From: Giardia intestinalis
Lineage: Eukaryota
Length of the DNA: 64,000 nucleotides
Strand: one strand, 5' to 3'
Assembly: GCA_000002435.2 (NCBI GenBank)
Contig: CM018789.1
Part shown: piece by piece, positions 48,371 through 58,657 of the stretch
Layout: each line of letters begins with the position of its first letter
Position numbering within the stretch: position 1 is the first letter of the stretch
Notes under the pieces: generated by a model
What the model was told of the DNA's origin: nothing
Databases searched by the model: none
What the model saw: only the letters and a program-made list of their open reading frames with translations
Position numbers and translations under genes: made by a program

Positions 48371-50978
48371 TTAGGGGCTCAGTAGCTATGGAGGCTACCT
48401 TGTGCCTGACATACTGGCTTGTTTCTCTGGCCAGAGTCTCCTCATTCTCCATTAGAATGCTATATATCCCCGAATACTTCTGGATCAATGCTGCGTAGTC
48501 TGCTTCAGAAAGATCTGGGATTGCTCTGACTATTCTCTTCCTAATGAACTCATCAGAGACAGAAACCATATTTTCTGCATCGGTAGGCTCTAGCTCTGGT
48601 TCTCCGCGATCCATACACGTCATCTTCAACCTCATGAGCAGCGGTGCAAACGTGGTATCAGTCGACCACAACACGCGCATTGATTTGTAGGTTCTTAAGA
48701 GTTTAAACAGTCTTGCAGTGAGACCTAGAGGCTTAGAAGCAGCAATTGTGGTTGACTGATTGCTCTGTGTATCGATTTGTATCATGTCGTGAGACCTTTC
48801 TGATGGTATAGAGCACATCAGGAAGAACGTGGGGAACTGTGCATTTAGTCTCTCTAGCTGGTCCTCAAGGCGATTGTTCCGGAGAGAGGAAATGAGATCT
48901 TGCTCGCTTTTGCGTTCAACTGCGGTCATGGATGACAGGATGTAGTCCCCGAGAGTAAGTTGTCTCACAATGAGTCTTAAACCTTTGGACAGGACAAATA
49001 GCTCTACAGGGACAACGGATCTTAATTCTCTATTGTCTATGTACAGTAGGCGCTGTGGATTCTCAAGCTTGCCAGGACTTTGTTGCTTGGTTTGTATGCC
49101 CGTAAAATCTATCTCTGTGGGCGTGTTATAGTACGAAGAAACAGACATGTGCATTGAGGCCGTATGGAGAACCTTTAATGCCTCCGATTCTACATTGTTA
49201 ACAAGGATAGGGTAATTCGTTGTAAAAGACTGGGCACCTCCCTCAATTACTATGAGGGGTATCTGTATAGGTGTCTGATGAGCCTCCTGTTTGTACCTAA
49301 AGTTGAGACGCTCTAGAACTCGAACTGCTTGGATCGACGCGCCACAGCAGATAATTGACGCAATTGTGCTTATTCCTAGCTGATCCAATCGATCATACAG
49401 GGAGAACGGTGTTGACATAGCCTTTGTAGAGAAGAGGGGATTTGACACAGTTGAGATGATTACCACTTCTGCACCGCTATGGATCCTTCCAGAGATGCTC
49501 TTTGTTAACGCATCTATAACGGCTCCTTTACTTGGAGTAAAAGGAACATATGCATCATCACTTAGCTTTGTTGACTCTTTATCAATGCTTGTCTGTAGGT
49601 AAAGACGTCTGTGGATTGTATTAAGCTCTGGAGCGCTTGCTTCTTGTGAATACTTACTAGGGTCAGACCCCTGAGTAGCAGTATCCGTTGACAGTGCTGA
49701 CCCCTTAGATGGTACAGTCCTTCGTGGTGCTGGCTCTAATGCAATGAGGTCAGCTCCTGGAACTCCATCCTCACTTTGAGAAGAGAGCATCTCTACCTTC
49801 CCACTTAGTACAAGACACTCTTCCAGCTCTCGGGCACCAAAGTATGTACCCAGAAGAACAACAATTCGTGTGGGAGGACCATGAAGGTGCTTTTGCTCCG
49901 TGTACATGTGGGCCTCTATGGAGGCTGCAACATCTTCGCTTGCAGACTCAACGGCTGTGGCCATAGCAGTTATCAAGGTTGTGCCTCCTTGGGCTCCACA
50001 GACCGCCAGCAAAGAATCGTAGTAGCTGCGGATGTCTGCAGGGCGTGTTAATGGATGCTTGAATTGGTCCAGAAATAGTCCGTAACACTTTAGCACCTCT
50101 GTGCGGTGTTGTGGCAGCGCCAACTCCATGTGGTAAAGAAACCAAAGCGCCCAACTAATGTACTCATCTGCGAAAAGCAGGTCTGCATGCTTAATTAGTT
50201 TGGCCTGGGGAAGACGTGCAATTGCCTCGTACCGTGGCTGCTTTCGTGCAAGTAAAAGAGACCATCGACGTATCTCTTGCCATACACGGGGATGCGTGGG
50301 ATGCTCTAAGCCGACATCCACACAAATAACCTCCTCCATGAATAAGTTTGCCCTTCGATGAATCGTATCTAACACAGAAGAGCCTGCAGGCAGAGGAGAT
50401 GCAGGAAGGTCCTTAAGGACTATCTGCATAGACCTGTGTACGACGTTTATTGCTGTTATATGGAAAGCCTCTATCTGCTCCAGATGCACTTGGATTTCAT
50501 AAAGGTTCTGCACAAACGCAAACATTAAAGGCTGATCGGATAGATACTTTACCCAACAACGGTTCTCCCTTAAGGCTGGGGCAAGAGCTTTCAACAACGG
50601 GGCAGGTTTTCCAGCTGTAAGGACAAGGAGTCCATCAAAAGATGATAGACTGAGTTCTCCTCGCACAATCTCTGACACAAAGGTTGCAACTGGAAAGACA
50701 AAGACGTCCGCAGCAGTTGTCGCTTTGAGTTTAGAAGAAGATATGTAAAGATGACCCCTATTGGAAGCTGCAAGGAAGCGGAAGAGAGGCGCTAGGAAAT
50801 GCGATACTCCTTGAGTATATACTACGCCCACTGCACGCCGCCTGATTGTGTAGCTGCGAAGGAAGAGCTCGCAGGCCTTGCAGACCCCCAATCCTGAGCT
50901 GAGTATTATGGCCTCTGATAGGGAAAGGGGGTCATCTGCTGTGTTCGGATCTACCTTGAGGAGTTTTTCATACTGCAT
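48333..50978 (-). CDS. ERCC4: XPF/ERCC4 (Rad1)-family structure-specific DNA repair endonuclease, 881 aa.
   Basis: ERCC4 nuclease core LLYIDNRELRSVVPVELFVLSKGLRLIVRQLTLGDYILSSMTAVERKSEQDLISSLRNNRLEDQLERL vs human [65 protein letters not shown]. A C-terminal (HhH)2-like ...IPDLSEADYAALIQKYSGIYSIL. A long helicase-like N-terminal region. Confidence 0.65.
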   Translation of the reverse strand: MQYEKLLKVDPNTADDPLSLSEAIILSSGLGVCKACELFLRSYTIRRRAVGVVYTQGVSHFLAPLFRFLAASNRGHLYISSSKLKATTAADVFVFPVATFVSEIVRGELSLSSFDGLLVLTAGKPAPLLKALAPALRENRCWVKYLSDQPLMFAFVQNLYEIQVHLEQIEAFHITAINVVHRSMQIVLKDLPASPLPAGSSVLDTIHRRANLFMEEVICVDVGLEHPTHPRVWQEIRRWSLLLARKQPRYEAIARLPQAKLIKHADLLFADEYISWALWFLYHMELALPQHRTEVLKCYGLFLDQFKHPLTRPADIRSYYDSLLAVCGAQGGTTLITAMATAVESASEDVAASIEAHMYTEQKHLHGPPTRIVVLLGTYFGARELEECLVLSGKVEMLSSQSEDGVPGADLIALEPAPRRTVPSKGSALSTDTATQGSDPSKYSQEASAPELNTIHRRLYLQTSIDKESTKLSDDAYVPFTPSKGAVIDALTKSISGRIHSGAEVVIISTVSNPLFSTKAMSTPFSLYDRLDQLGISTIASIICCGASIQAVRVLERLNFRYKQEAHQTPIQIPLIVIEGGAQSFTTNYPILVNNVESEALKVLHTASMHMSVSSYYNTPTEIDFTGIQTKQQSPGKLENPQRLLYIDNRELRSVVPVELFVLSKGLRLIVRQLTLGDYILSSMTAVERKSEQDLISSLRNNRLEDQLERLNAQFPTFFLMCSIPSERSHDMIQIDTQSNQSTTIAASKPLGLTARLFKLLRTYKSMRVLWSTDTTFAPLLMRLKMTCMDRGEPELEPTDAENMVSVSDEFIRKRIVRAIPDLSEADYAALIQKYSGIYSILMENEETLARETSQYVRHKVASIATEPLINLLKALNSLEA

Positions 50979-51199
50979 TTTAAAACGCCGCAGAAGCCGG
51001 CTCTCCCCGAGAGCCTTAAGTAAAGGAAATCATATAACACTGTCTCAGCAGTCTAAAGATACTGGGTTCTCAGTAGACCGTCGTGTTGGAGTAATCATTT
51101 TTAATTTACTGGTTTTGCTCAAGACCTTTTTACTGATTTTCTAGTTCGTTTCTAGTCCGCACAAAGTATACCTACCAGGGGGGTCGAGGAATCTGGAGG

Positions 51200-54100
51200 C
51201 TATTTGCCTTTCTTAGGAGTAGGGTCCGTGAGCGGAATTGGCGGTTGATACTCAGGTGGGGCTTTGTTCAGCTTATAGAGAGCGACATGGGCGACTTGGG
51301 AGTCATACTGTGGCTGCAAATGGGACAGGACCTGTCCGAATTCGACCACACTAAGGGGCTTGGATCCCAAGGATGCCACGCGTCCAGGTGTGCAGACCAT
51401 GTGTAGAGCCTGTTGTATCTGCCCTGCCGTGAATCCTTCGGTAACCTTGGCAAAAGAACTGAGGTCAAAAGGAATCTTCTCGGTCTCGTTGTTTGTGATT
51501 GCAATTCCCGACGTTAAGTTCATCAGGCCCAGTGCCGTGAACCGTCGAGAATCAAAGGCCCCTGTGCTCAGTTTCGAGGACGTGTACTGACCCACGGGGA
51601 CGTCCTTGGCCACTCCGGTTAGAGCAAATTGCTCCAAACCCATCTTCTCAAAGAAGTGACTGATCAACCTTAGCCTCGTGTTATAGTCAGGCAGTGGTAC
51701 ATATATGTGTCTCTGGAAGAAGTCTGCAAGTGCTTTTTCGCGAGTCATAGTGCGTGTGGCGCATCCTAAAACAAGTACCCCATCATACTCATTAATGGAC
51801 TTCAGCAAGCTAAGGAGTTCTTTACGAAGCCTGTAGGGGTTGTAGTCTGGGTCGCTAAGCTTGGGGTATCCTTCGCAGCACATGGAGTATCCTGGGGTCT
51901 CCACATCGTCTCCAGGCAGCTTTAGCTTACCTTTCCCTTTGCTCCCCTTGTTTCCCTTGCTTCCTTTCTTTCCTTTTTTTTCTTTTGTGTCTGCCAACAC
52001 AAGCTCTGCCTCATCGAAGTATATTATTGCCGGTTGATTGGAGGCTATAACCACCTTGATCAACTTGAAGATCACCCCGATTTCCTGGCCAGGAAACTTG
52101 TTAACAATATTTGCCGGAGACACGTCAATCACAAGAGCACCCGTTTCAGTAGCAATAATTCGCGAAAGAAGGGTCTTCCCCACCCCCGGAGCCCCATATA
52201 TAAGGAGGGTATTGCTGTGAGGAACGGCCCTTGCCATGGGGCACCCCAAAGGGATGATTACGTTGGCTATTATGTCTTGCTTTATCTGGTTGTACGATGG
52301 AAGGTCCGGCAGAAGAGCATAAGCAGGAATAGATGCCTTTGCTGCGGCCAGCTTCTCCTGTTCAACGGGATCGACAATCCCGGCGGCTTTTTTGTCTATA
52401 GCAATTGTGCCCTGCTGTGTAAACTTCTGAAGCGCCTTGACAGCTATTCGTTGCATGAACTCAGTCTCCTGGCTTGAAGGAGCAATGTATGTGTCACATC
52501 CGATAAAATCTCGTATCCGAGCTGGCTTAATCGCTTTTACAAGACCCTCGCTGACCAGTTCTGCATATGCTGCCTCGACAGAGGCGTCACCAACTGGGCC
52601 CACGGGTGGCGGGGGCTCAAGCGCTGGAAGGCTCTTGGATCCCCTACTCCCCTTCTTTCCTTTTTTCCCCTTACTGCCCTTCTTACCCTTCTTACCTTTA
52701 CCGCCCTTCTTGGCCTCGACAAGCTGCTTAGTTGCGTCGGCAATGGTACGCATGTTGTCGAGCTCTGCAGTCACCGTTTCAGCAACGCTGTCGTATACGT
52801 CCTTCAGTATCTGGGGTCTAAGAGTTTCCTTAAGGTATTCAACATCATATGGCTGCTCAGCCAAGTTAGCTGGATCGTGTCGCTGCCACCTGTTGAAGTA
52901 CTCGACTGTTGTATCGACAATATCGTGGAGATATGCAGACAGAAAAGAAACCTTGGCCTTGTCTGGGTCTTCAACTGCCTCCTCAGCTGCCCCCTTCGAA
53001 GGTGCAGCCGTTTTTCCTTTGGATCCTTTGCTTCCCTTCTTCCCTTTTTTCTTCTTCCCCTTCAAGCCTCTCCGCAATAACTCGGCCTCTCGCTCTGCTG
53101 CCACCTTCTCCATCACCAGCTTCTCATCGGGAGAGGCAATGTCTAAGGCACTTGTGGGAATCGCCCCGTCGTTCAGATCTCTGAACTGCGCAATGGCTTT
53201 TTTGTGCCGAGAGTATAGCAGTTTTTCCAGCTCGGTCCCCTCCTTTTCCTTAAGTTCTTGCAGAATGACATCCTCTGCAGATTGCATAACGAGTTCGGCT
53301 TGAATTCGCAGCGCCACATTGCGCTTAGTAATAAGCTCAGCTTGATAGGCCGCCTGGCCAAGCTTTTTAGCATCCGCTAACAAAATCCTATTCCGCACAA
53401 GATCATGCATAAGAGGAAGCCCGGAGTTATACGCATTGGTAACGTGAGTCATATATGGCTGGTTAGAAAGGATGTTAGACTTATCTATATATCTGCTAAG
53501 AGCATAGGTGGACTCCATCCCATCACAGGTAGTAGCAATGATAACTGAGGTTAGAGGAGTAAGAGTTGTGTGCAGATTAGAACTAGCTGCAATGCCAGAG
53601 TCTGGGATTCCAGGCTTACCGACAGAAAGAATGGACTTGTCGAGGACGTCCTTGCGAGCATTGAGCCGCGCCAGGTAATCCGCTTCATATAGCTTCTCGC
53701 GCTTGATGCACTCACTGCTTACCATATCTTGTACGATGGGAAGAATGGATGAACCTGTACCTTGAGCAGCAGATGAGGATGCCAATCCAAGGAAGACTAA
53801 ATCGGCCTGCTTCATGGCATTCACCTTGGACTTTGCGAGGGCTCTTCGCCAATACTTTTGAATGATTACACTAGCCTGTTCTCGTGAGTGAATGCGCCCT
53901 CCTTGTATCTGCCGTCCAGCCGGCTTAACCTTCATGATGTCCTGTACCAGCTTCGCTCGCAGTCTGGCGGCACGTCCTCGCTCAGCGCGCTGAATAAGAA
54001 GTATGGCTTCTTCGAGACTCATGGCTCGCTGCACTTGGGCCTCCGTCTTCTCCTCGAGGATGCCCTTCCCAGGAACATATCCTCGGAGAGAGTGCGTCAG

Positions 54101-54556
54101 ATCAAAGCAGGATCCATTCTGAGAAAGAAGCTCGTACCGCTCGAGTAGAAGGCGCAGCAGATCATTTCGACGGCTCAGAGAGAAGTTATCGCTCACTAGA
54201 AACCTGGGCACATGCAATTCTATATCTGTAGGAAGTAACGTACGATTGTTCATGAGTGCAAAGATATCGGGGCTCCACGTCCCAGTTAAGCAGCAAATAT
54301 TGCGTCTGGACTCAAGCATTCGTCCTATGGTTGCGTCCAGAGACTTCTTGATCACTCTCCGCTTTTGTGGATGGTGCATCTGATCATAACACTCCTCTAA
54401 AAGTACGTAAACATGACGGTATGTGTTATACCAGTTGAGCTGTTGTTGCAAAAGCTGTGAATTTTGTAGCCGTATGACTCTAGGATCTGAAGTGGACTCC
54501 TTATTTATTTGCTCCATGAGAAGCGTCATGGCTTCCCGCCACTGACGATCGCTCAT
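51200..54556 (-). CDS. IQCA1: IQ-motif plus AAA+ ATPase protein (IQCA1/DRC11-like axonemal regulatory-complex component), 1118 aa, with three Lys/Gly-rich low-complexity inserts.
   Basis: IQ motifs ILLIQRAERGRAARLRAK and SVIIQKYWRRALAKSK. Walker A LLIYGAPGVGKTLLSRIIA near the C-terminal third. KG-rich stretches GKKKKGKKGSKGSKGKT, GKGKKGKKGSKGKKGKKGSRGSK and KEKKGKKGSKGNKGSKGKGK. Confidence 0.6.
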   Translation of the reverse strand: MSDRQWREAMTLLMEQINKESTSDPRVIRLQNSQLLQQQLNWYNTYRHVYVLLEECYDQMHHPQKRRVIKKSLDATIGRMLESRRNICCLTGTWSPDIFALMNNRTLLPTDIELHVPRFLVSDNFSLSRRNDLLRLLLERYELLSQNGSCFDLTHSLRGYVPGKGILEEKTEAQVQRAMSLEEAILLIQRAERGRAARLRAKLVQDIMKVKPAGRQIQGGRIHSREQASVIIQKYWRRALAKSKVNAMKQADLVFLGLASSSAAQGTGSSILPIVQDMVSSECIKREKLYEADYLARLNARKDVLDKSILSVGKPGIPDSGIAASSNLHTTLTPLTSVIIATTCDGMESTYALSRYIDKSNILSNQPYMTHVTNAYNSGLPLMHDLVRNRILLADAKKLGQAAYQAELITKRNVALRIQAELVMQSAEDVILQELKEKEGTELEKLLYSRHKKAIAQFRDLNDGAIPTSALDIASPDEKLVMEKVAAEREAELLRRGLKGKKKKGKKGSKGSKGKTAAPSKGAAEEAVEDPDKAKVSFLSAYLHDIVDTTVEYFNRWQRHDPANLAEQPYDVEYLKETLRPQILKDVYDSVAETVTAELDNMRTIADATKQLVEAKKGGKGKKGKKGSKGKKGKKGSRGSKSLPALEPPPPVGPVGDASVEAAYAELVSEGLVKAIKPARIRDFIGCDTYIAPSSQETEFMQRIAVKALQKFTQQGTIAIDKKAAGIVDPVEQEKLAAAKASIPAYALLPDLPSYNQIKQDIIANVIIPLGCPMARAVPHSNTLLIYGAPGVGKTLLSRIIATETGALVIDVSPANIVNKFPGQEIGVIFKLIKVVIASNQPAIIYFDEAELVLADTKEKKGKKGSKGNKGSKGKGKLKLPGDDVETPGYSMCCEGYPKLSDPDYNPYRLRKELLSLLKSINEYDGVLVLGCATRTMTREKALADFFQRHIYVPLPDYNTRLRLISHFFEKMGLEQFALTGVAKDVPVGQYTSSKLSTGAFDSRRFTALGLMNLTSGIAITNNETEKIPFDLSSFAKVTEGFTAGQIQQALHMVCTPGRVASLGSKPLSVVEFGQVLSHLQPQYDSQVAHVALYKLNKAPPEYQPPIPLTDPTPKKGK

Positions 54557-54721
54557 TTTGAATAAATTTTTGGGTGCTGGTCAGATTTCGCACGCTGATA
54601 ATAACGGCTTCGCAAACATGTGAAAAACCTACTATCCAAATATAGGATCTTTATATCAGGAGCGTGTGGTTCTAGTGAAACTTAAAAGACCGCCTCACCG
54701 GCCAGTTGTACCATTTTTAAA

Positions 54722-55573
54722 ATGGACGACTTCTTTGGATTCGGCGATAACGTTCCTGACGGTACTGCACAGACATTCGACCCCTTCGCAGGACAGCCAG
54801 CGGCACCAATTCAAAGTGCTGATGACATGTTCGGTTTTGGGGACGTCCCTGCAGCTACCGCGCCCCCTGCCCCTGCAGTGCCCTTTTTCACCGCCCCAGA
54901 GCAGACTGGCCAGCACGGTGTCAATGCATTTGAAAAAGCTGCAACGCTTTCCGCGCCTGTGCCTGTGCCTGTAGAGGCGTATTCCACCTCTTCGTCGGCC
55001 CCTGTAGTCCCATCTTTATCGAGCATTCCGCAGGCTTCCACGACCCAGCAGCCTGCTGCTGTCTCTATTGCACCACCAGTTGTCCCTGCTACGCATGTTT
55101 CAGCGCAACCGGGGCAGCTTCCCCCTGCGCTCACCCCATATGCTCCACTGCCTCCTCCAATACATCTTTCTCCCGAGCACGAGGCCGCCCTCAATGATCC
55201 TGAGATTCTGGTGGCATATCAGCGAGACAATAGCATTGCAAAGACCAATGAGATCAAGTACAAAGCGTTTCAGAACCTTCAAGACAAAAATCACGAGGCC
55301 GCAAAGGCCCTCGTCTATCAGCAAAGCGTTGAGTACAGAAAGGCCTATATGGAGAAGTTCCAGAAGGAGGGAGAAGCCCGTAAGGCTCAGCAGTGTGTCA
55401 AACGCGAGAAGGTCCGTCGTGCCCTCTTGGAGGGAGGTTCTGTCCCGTGGGTACGGGTTAGAAGTCTGGCGCGTGACGATGCAACAGGTTCTGAGCAAGC
55501 CCTTCGTCAGCTAGAGGCGATTAAGGCCAAGAGTACGTTTGATTACCGTGCCAACGAGCTCCTCAACAAATGA
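54722..55573 (+). CDS. Hypothetical protein, 283 aa, with an N-terminal FGFGD/DPF Pro/Ala-rich region (endocytic adaptor-binding-like motifs) and a C-terminal helical domain.
   Basis: MDDFFGFGDNVPDG...FDPFAGQ...DMFGFGDVP. ATG preceded by ccatttttaaa. No confident family. Confidence 0.4.
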   Translation: MDDFFGFGDNVPDGTAQTFDPFAGQPAAPIQSADDMFGFGDVPAATAPPAPAVPFFTAPEQTGQHGVNAFEKAATLSAPVPVPVEAYSTSSSAPVVPSLSSIPQASTTQQPAAVSIAPPVVPATHVSAQPGQLPPALTPYAPLPPPIHLSPEHEAALNDPEILVAYQRDNSIAKTNEIKYKAFQNLQDKNHEAAKALVYQQSVEYRKAYMEKFQKEGEARKAQQCVKREKVRRALLEGGSVPWVRVRSLARDDATGSEQALRQLEAIKAKSTFDYRANELLNK

Positions 55574-55883
55574 TATAACTAATGCCCTTCCCACTACTCT
55601 AGTCGTTGTAAATTTGTAGTGCCTTGGTTATTTTCGTTTAAATACAAAGACTTCAGGTAAAAGATTTATCTTAAATTGAAGATTCACAAGATTGATTGAC
55701 TGATTTGAAGCCCTCACTAAAGCTGTGGACAAGATGCTCTATGATAACGTGGTGTTAGCAGTGTAGAAACACATGGATTACTAAGGTTGTCAAAGTACAT
55801 CTCAGTGTTGTACTTCCTATTTTTGATAGCTGCAACCCTGTTGTCAACGAGACACTATAGGTACCTGGCAAGATGCCCGAGAC

Positions 55884-58262
55884 TCAGTGTTCACTTTCTT
55901 CCTTAGCTTGAGGTACTATATGTGTAGGGAACGGCTGACTGTTCCATATCCAGCAATCTGAGAGGATGTCATTGACTACGAAGTCCACGTCAGTCTTGGC
56001 CTTTTGCAGAATTGAGTGCATCATAACACCGCTTCCTCGTTGCTCAGCCAGGCTTATCATGACACCTGATAAATCGTTACCCCAATCCTGTCTGACAGCG
56101 GCTTCGACAAGGGGAAAGCCAGGATATGAAGTTAGTGCATCCATGCCTTCAATAATGTGCTGCTTAATGTTTGGAACTAAGTTCTCTGCGTTGTAGAGAG
56201 ATATCTCACTCGATGATATACCCTTTGCAAGCTCCTGCTCTATAAACGTTCTCTCGTCAAGCCCCACGACAGCATCAAAGTCTCCATCTGCCTTTGAATA
56301 TGAGTGCACAGCTGTGAAGGCAGAACCGCTTTCTAGGAGGCGGATCAATTTTCTGATCAATGGATGATAGTGATTGCGAAGCCCCGTGAGCTCAATCAGA
56401 GTTATGCTGGGAACTGAAGTGCCCTCCCACAGCTGTAGGCAGTTTGAAAGTGACAAGGGGGAAGCGTGGAAAGCAGACACATCTGCAGGCTCTTCTTGGC
56501 CTTGATTCTTGAGCAACCAGCGAAGATTTGTGTGTCGCTTCAGTGTGGCTATGATCAACATAACTATGCTTAAAGTAATGTTGCCAGACACACAAAGGGA
56601 CAGAATGGAAAGACGCTTTAGAAGACATGCCTGAATAGCACTAGCAACATATGAAGTCTGTAGACATTTTGCTAAGAGGCGTAGAAGTCGTTGTCTGCAA
56701 CCAGGAATAGAAAATACATTTGGCACGAGAAGGGAAAAAAGATGCTCAAAGAAGTTATTCAGGGGAAGGCTGTTGCTAGTGCAGAGATCGAACATGGCGT
56801 CGGTGACCAAAAGCTTGTATGCCAAAGAAAACCTCCTTGCATAATGTCCTGCCGGAAGCTTAGACCCAGTAACGCTTTCAAGGCTATGTTGGAGATCAGA
56901 GAGCTTTTTCATTGTTGCTATAAGATAGATACTCTGTGAAGAAGAAGTAGCATGCTTTGTGACCTGGTTAGATGTAGATAAAATGGCTATAATGGCATTG
57001 TGAGCAGGCGTAAAGTCCGGCGCGGCAACTGACCGTCGAACAATGCTGCAGGCAATATTGAATAGAAGCTCGCAGATTCCGTAGTAACAAGAGAATAAGA
57101 CGGCCCTGAGTCCCTCTGCATCTTCGAGAGCATAGGCAGGAGTAAACTGCTCTGTCTCTGGAAGGGCTACGTTCTCTCGCTCCAGTCTCTGAACCTCTGC
57201 AAGCATAGAGTTTATCTGTGACAGGTTATGTTTCCGCATAGACACGTTATCTCCTTTTTTCCTATCTTCTGCAGTGCGATCGCGTGGGGTCCTGTGTATT
57301 AACAGCAAATTGACACGGTCCAAAATCCCTCTCGAGAGTCTCCTCTGTGGGATTTTTATGCTAGAGCTAGAAATAACATCAATAAGCCCAGTGATTCCTG
57401 GTATGGATGCTGACCTGGTGCACCCTTTAATACATGTCACTGAGATGGCCAGGTATTCGATGTAGTAATTGATAGCGTTTGCCTTTATATGGTGACTGGC
57501 GGCATCCAAACTTAATTGAAAAAGATTGATGATGGCAGCAGTGGAGATAGAATTGGAAATATCTTCTAGTGGTGTGTGATCTTGAATTTCTTGCACAATG
57601 GCATCTATAGCAGAAAATGTGAAAAAGCACAAGTCGCTATACGTGTCTAGAATGTTGGAGAAAGTCCGCTTAAAACTATCACTAAGGGTCTTGGGTGCCT
57701 CTGGTCTAAGAAGGTAACGGAGAAACAGAGTGTAGGATTGGAGAGGGAAGAGGCCTATGGACCCGTCCTCTGTGGTCTTCCAGGGCTGTGTTTGAGAAAG
57801 CACAACAGAGGAGTCCTGGTGTGCTTCAATAAGTGCTTCCGCGCGTAAAATCTCAAACATGTTGTACAGAGCAGCCTTGCATAGTTTGCCACTAGCGCTT
57901 GACTCTGCGTATTTATACAGAAGAAGCCGGAATAAGGTAGCATGCTTAAGAATGAGGAGATCGTTATCATCCATAGAGAGGCTCTCCTGAGCTGTCTTCA
58001 AATCAGCTGCAATGTTGGCTTCTGGTAAGCCTACCAGTGCTAGTCCAGCCATTACTTTAGGATATCTTGTGAACAATTCCAGAAAGATCTCGGTTGTAAC
58101 GTTGATGGCGGCAACGGTGACCCCTGTATATTCGGGGTCGTCAATCGAGCATATATCTTGACAAAGAGGCCCCAAGAGTTCCAGCTGCTCATTCTCCCCA
58201 AGTATCCGTCTGCGCATCTCGTTGAGAGCAGAGAGGTAGTTGCTTTCGGTTGGTCTCCCCAT
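55884..58262 (-). CDS. Hypothetical large alpha-helical protein, 792 aa.
   Basis: ATG-initiated long ORF with coding-like composition. No motif recognised. Confidence 0.45.
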   Translation of the reverse strand: MGRPTESNYLSALNEMRRRILGENEQLELLGPLCQDICSIDDPEYTGVTVAAINVTTEIFLELFTRYPKVMAGLALVGLPEANIAADLKTAQESLSMDDNDLLILKHATLFRLLLYKYAESSASGKLCKAALYNMFEILRAEALIEAHQDSSVVLSQTQPWKTTEDGSIGLFPLQSYTLFLRYLLRPEAPKTLSDSFKRTFSNILDTYSDLCFFTFSAIDAIVQEIQDHTPLEDISNSISTAAIINLFQLSLDAASHHIKANAINYYIEYLAISVTCIKGCTRSASIPGITGLIDVISSSSIKIPQRRLSRGILDRVNLLLIHRTPRDRTAEDRKKGDNVSMRKHNLSQINSMLAEVQRLERENVALPETEQFTPAYALEDAEGLRAVLFSCYYGICELLFNIACSIVRRSVAAPDFTPAHNAIIAILSTSNQVTKHATSSSQSIYLIATMKKLSDLQHSLESVTGSKLPAGHYARRFSLAYKLLVTDAMFDLCTSNSLPLNNFFEHLFSLLVPNVFSIPGCRQRLLRLLAKCLQTSYVASAIQACLLKRLSILSLCVSGNITLSIVMLIIATLKRHTNLRWLLKNQGQEEPADVSAFHASPLSLSNCLQLWEGTSVPSITLIELTGLRNHYHPLIRKLIRLLESGSAFTAVHSYSKADGDFDAVVGLDERTFIEQELAKGISSSEISLYNAENLVPNIKQHIIEGMDALTSYPGFPLVEAAVRQDWGNDLSGVMISLAEQRGSGVMMHSILQKAKTDVDFVVNDILSDCWIWNSQPFPTHIVPQAKEESEH

Positions 58263-58657
58263 GGCTCCTGTGCTGGAATTAATTCATTGATAAATTGTAA
58301 AGAGCATTCACAGAGGAAGAGAGGCCTAATTTCCTTCAGTAGAGACCTGAATATTCTGATCAATTGGAACATGATACGGAACAAGTGAGCTCTTCACGGC
58401 CTTCGTTGCCTTCCAGAAGACACTCACCAGCTCATCTGCAAACTTATCAACGGGTTTTTCTCGCCCGCTATCCAGGTTATATTGCTCAGCTGGCGATCCA
58501 TCAGAAAACAAGGACGCATCCGGCATTTTTGAACCCACACTTACAGGCTGTAAGCTGTAGATGATTGAATTTCTCAGACATTGGTCTAATTGCTAGATTT
58601 ACGAGTACAGTGTTTCTCCGCAAGATTTCTTCACAAGACCGGCGTGAGATTGGAATA

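Noticed and set aside
52437-53303. 288-aa plus-strand ORF rich in Pro/Leu/Phe/Ser (LLPFFPFFPLLPFLPF...).
   Set aside because: It is the reverse-strand reading of the Lys/Gly-rich (AAG/GGC) low-complexity inserts within the well-supported IQ+AAA gene. There is no start context or domain.
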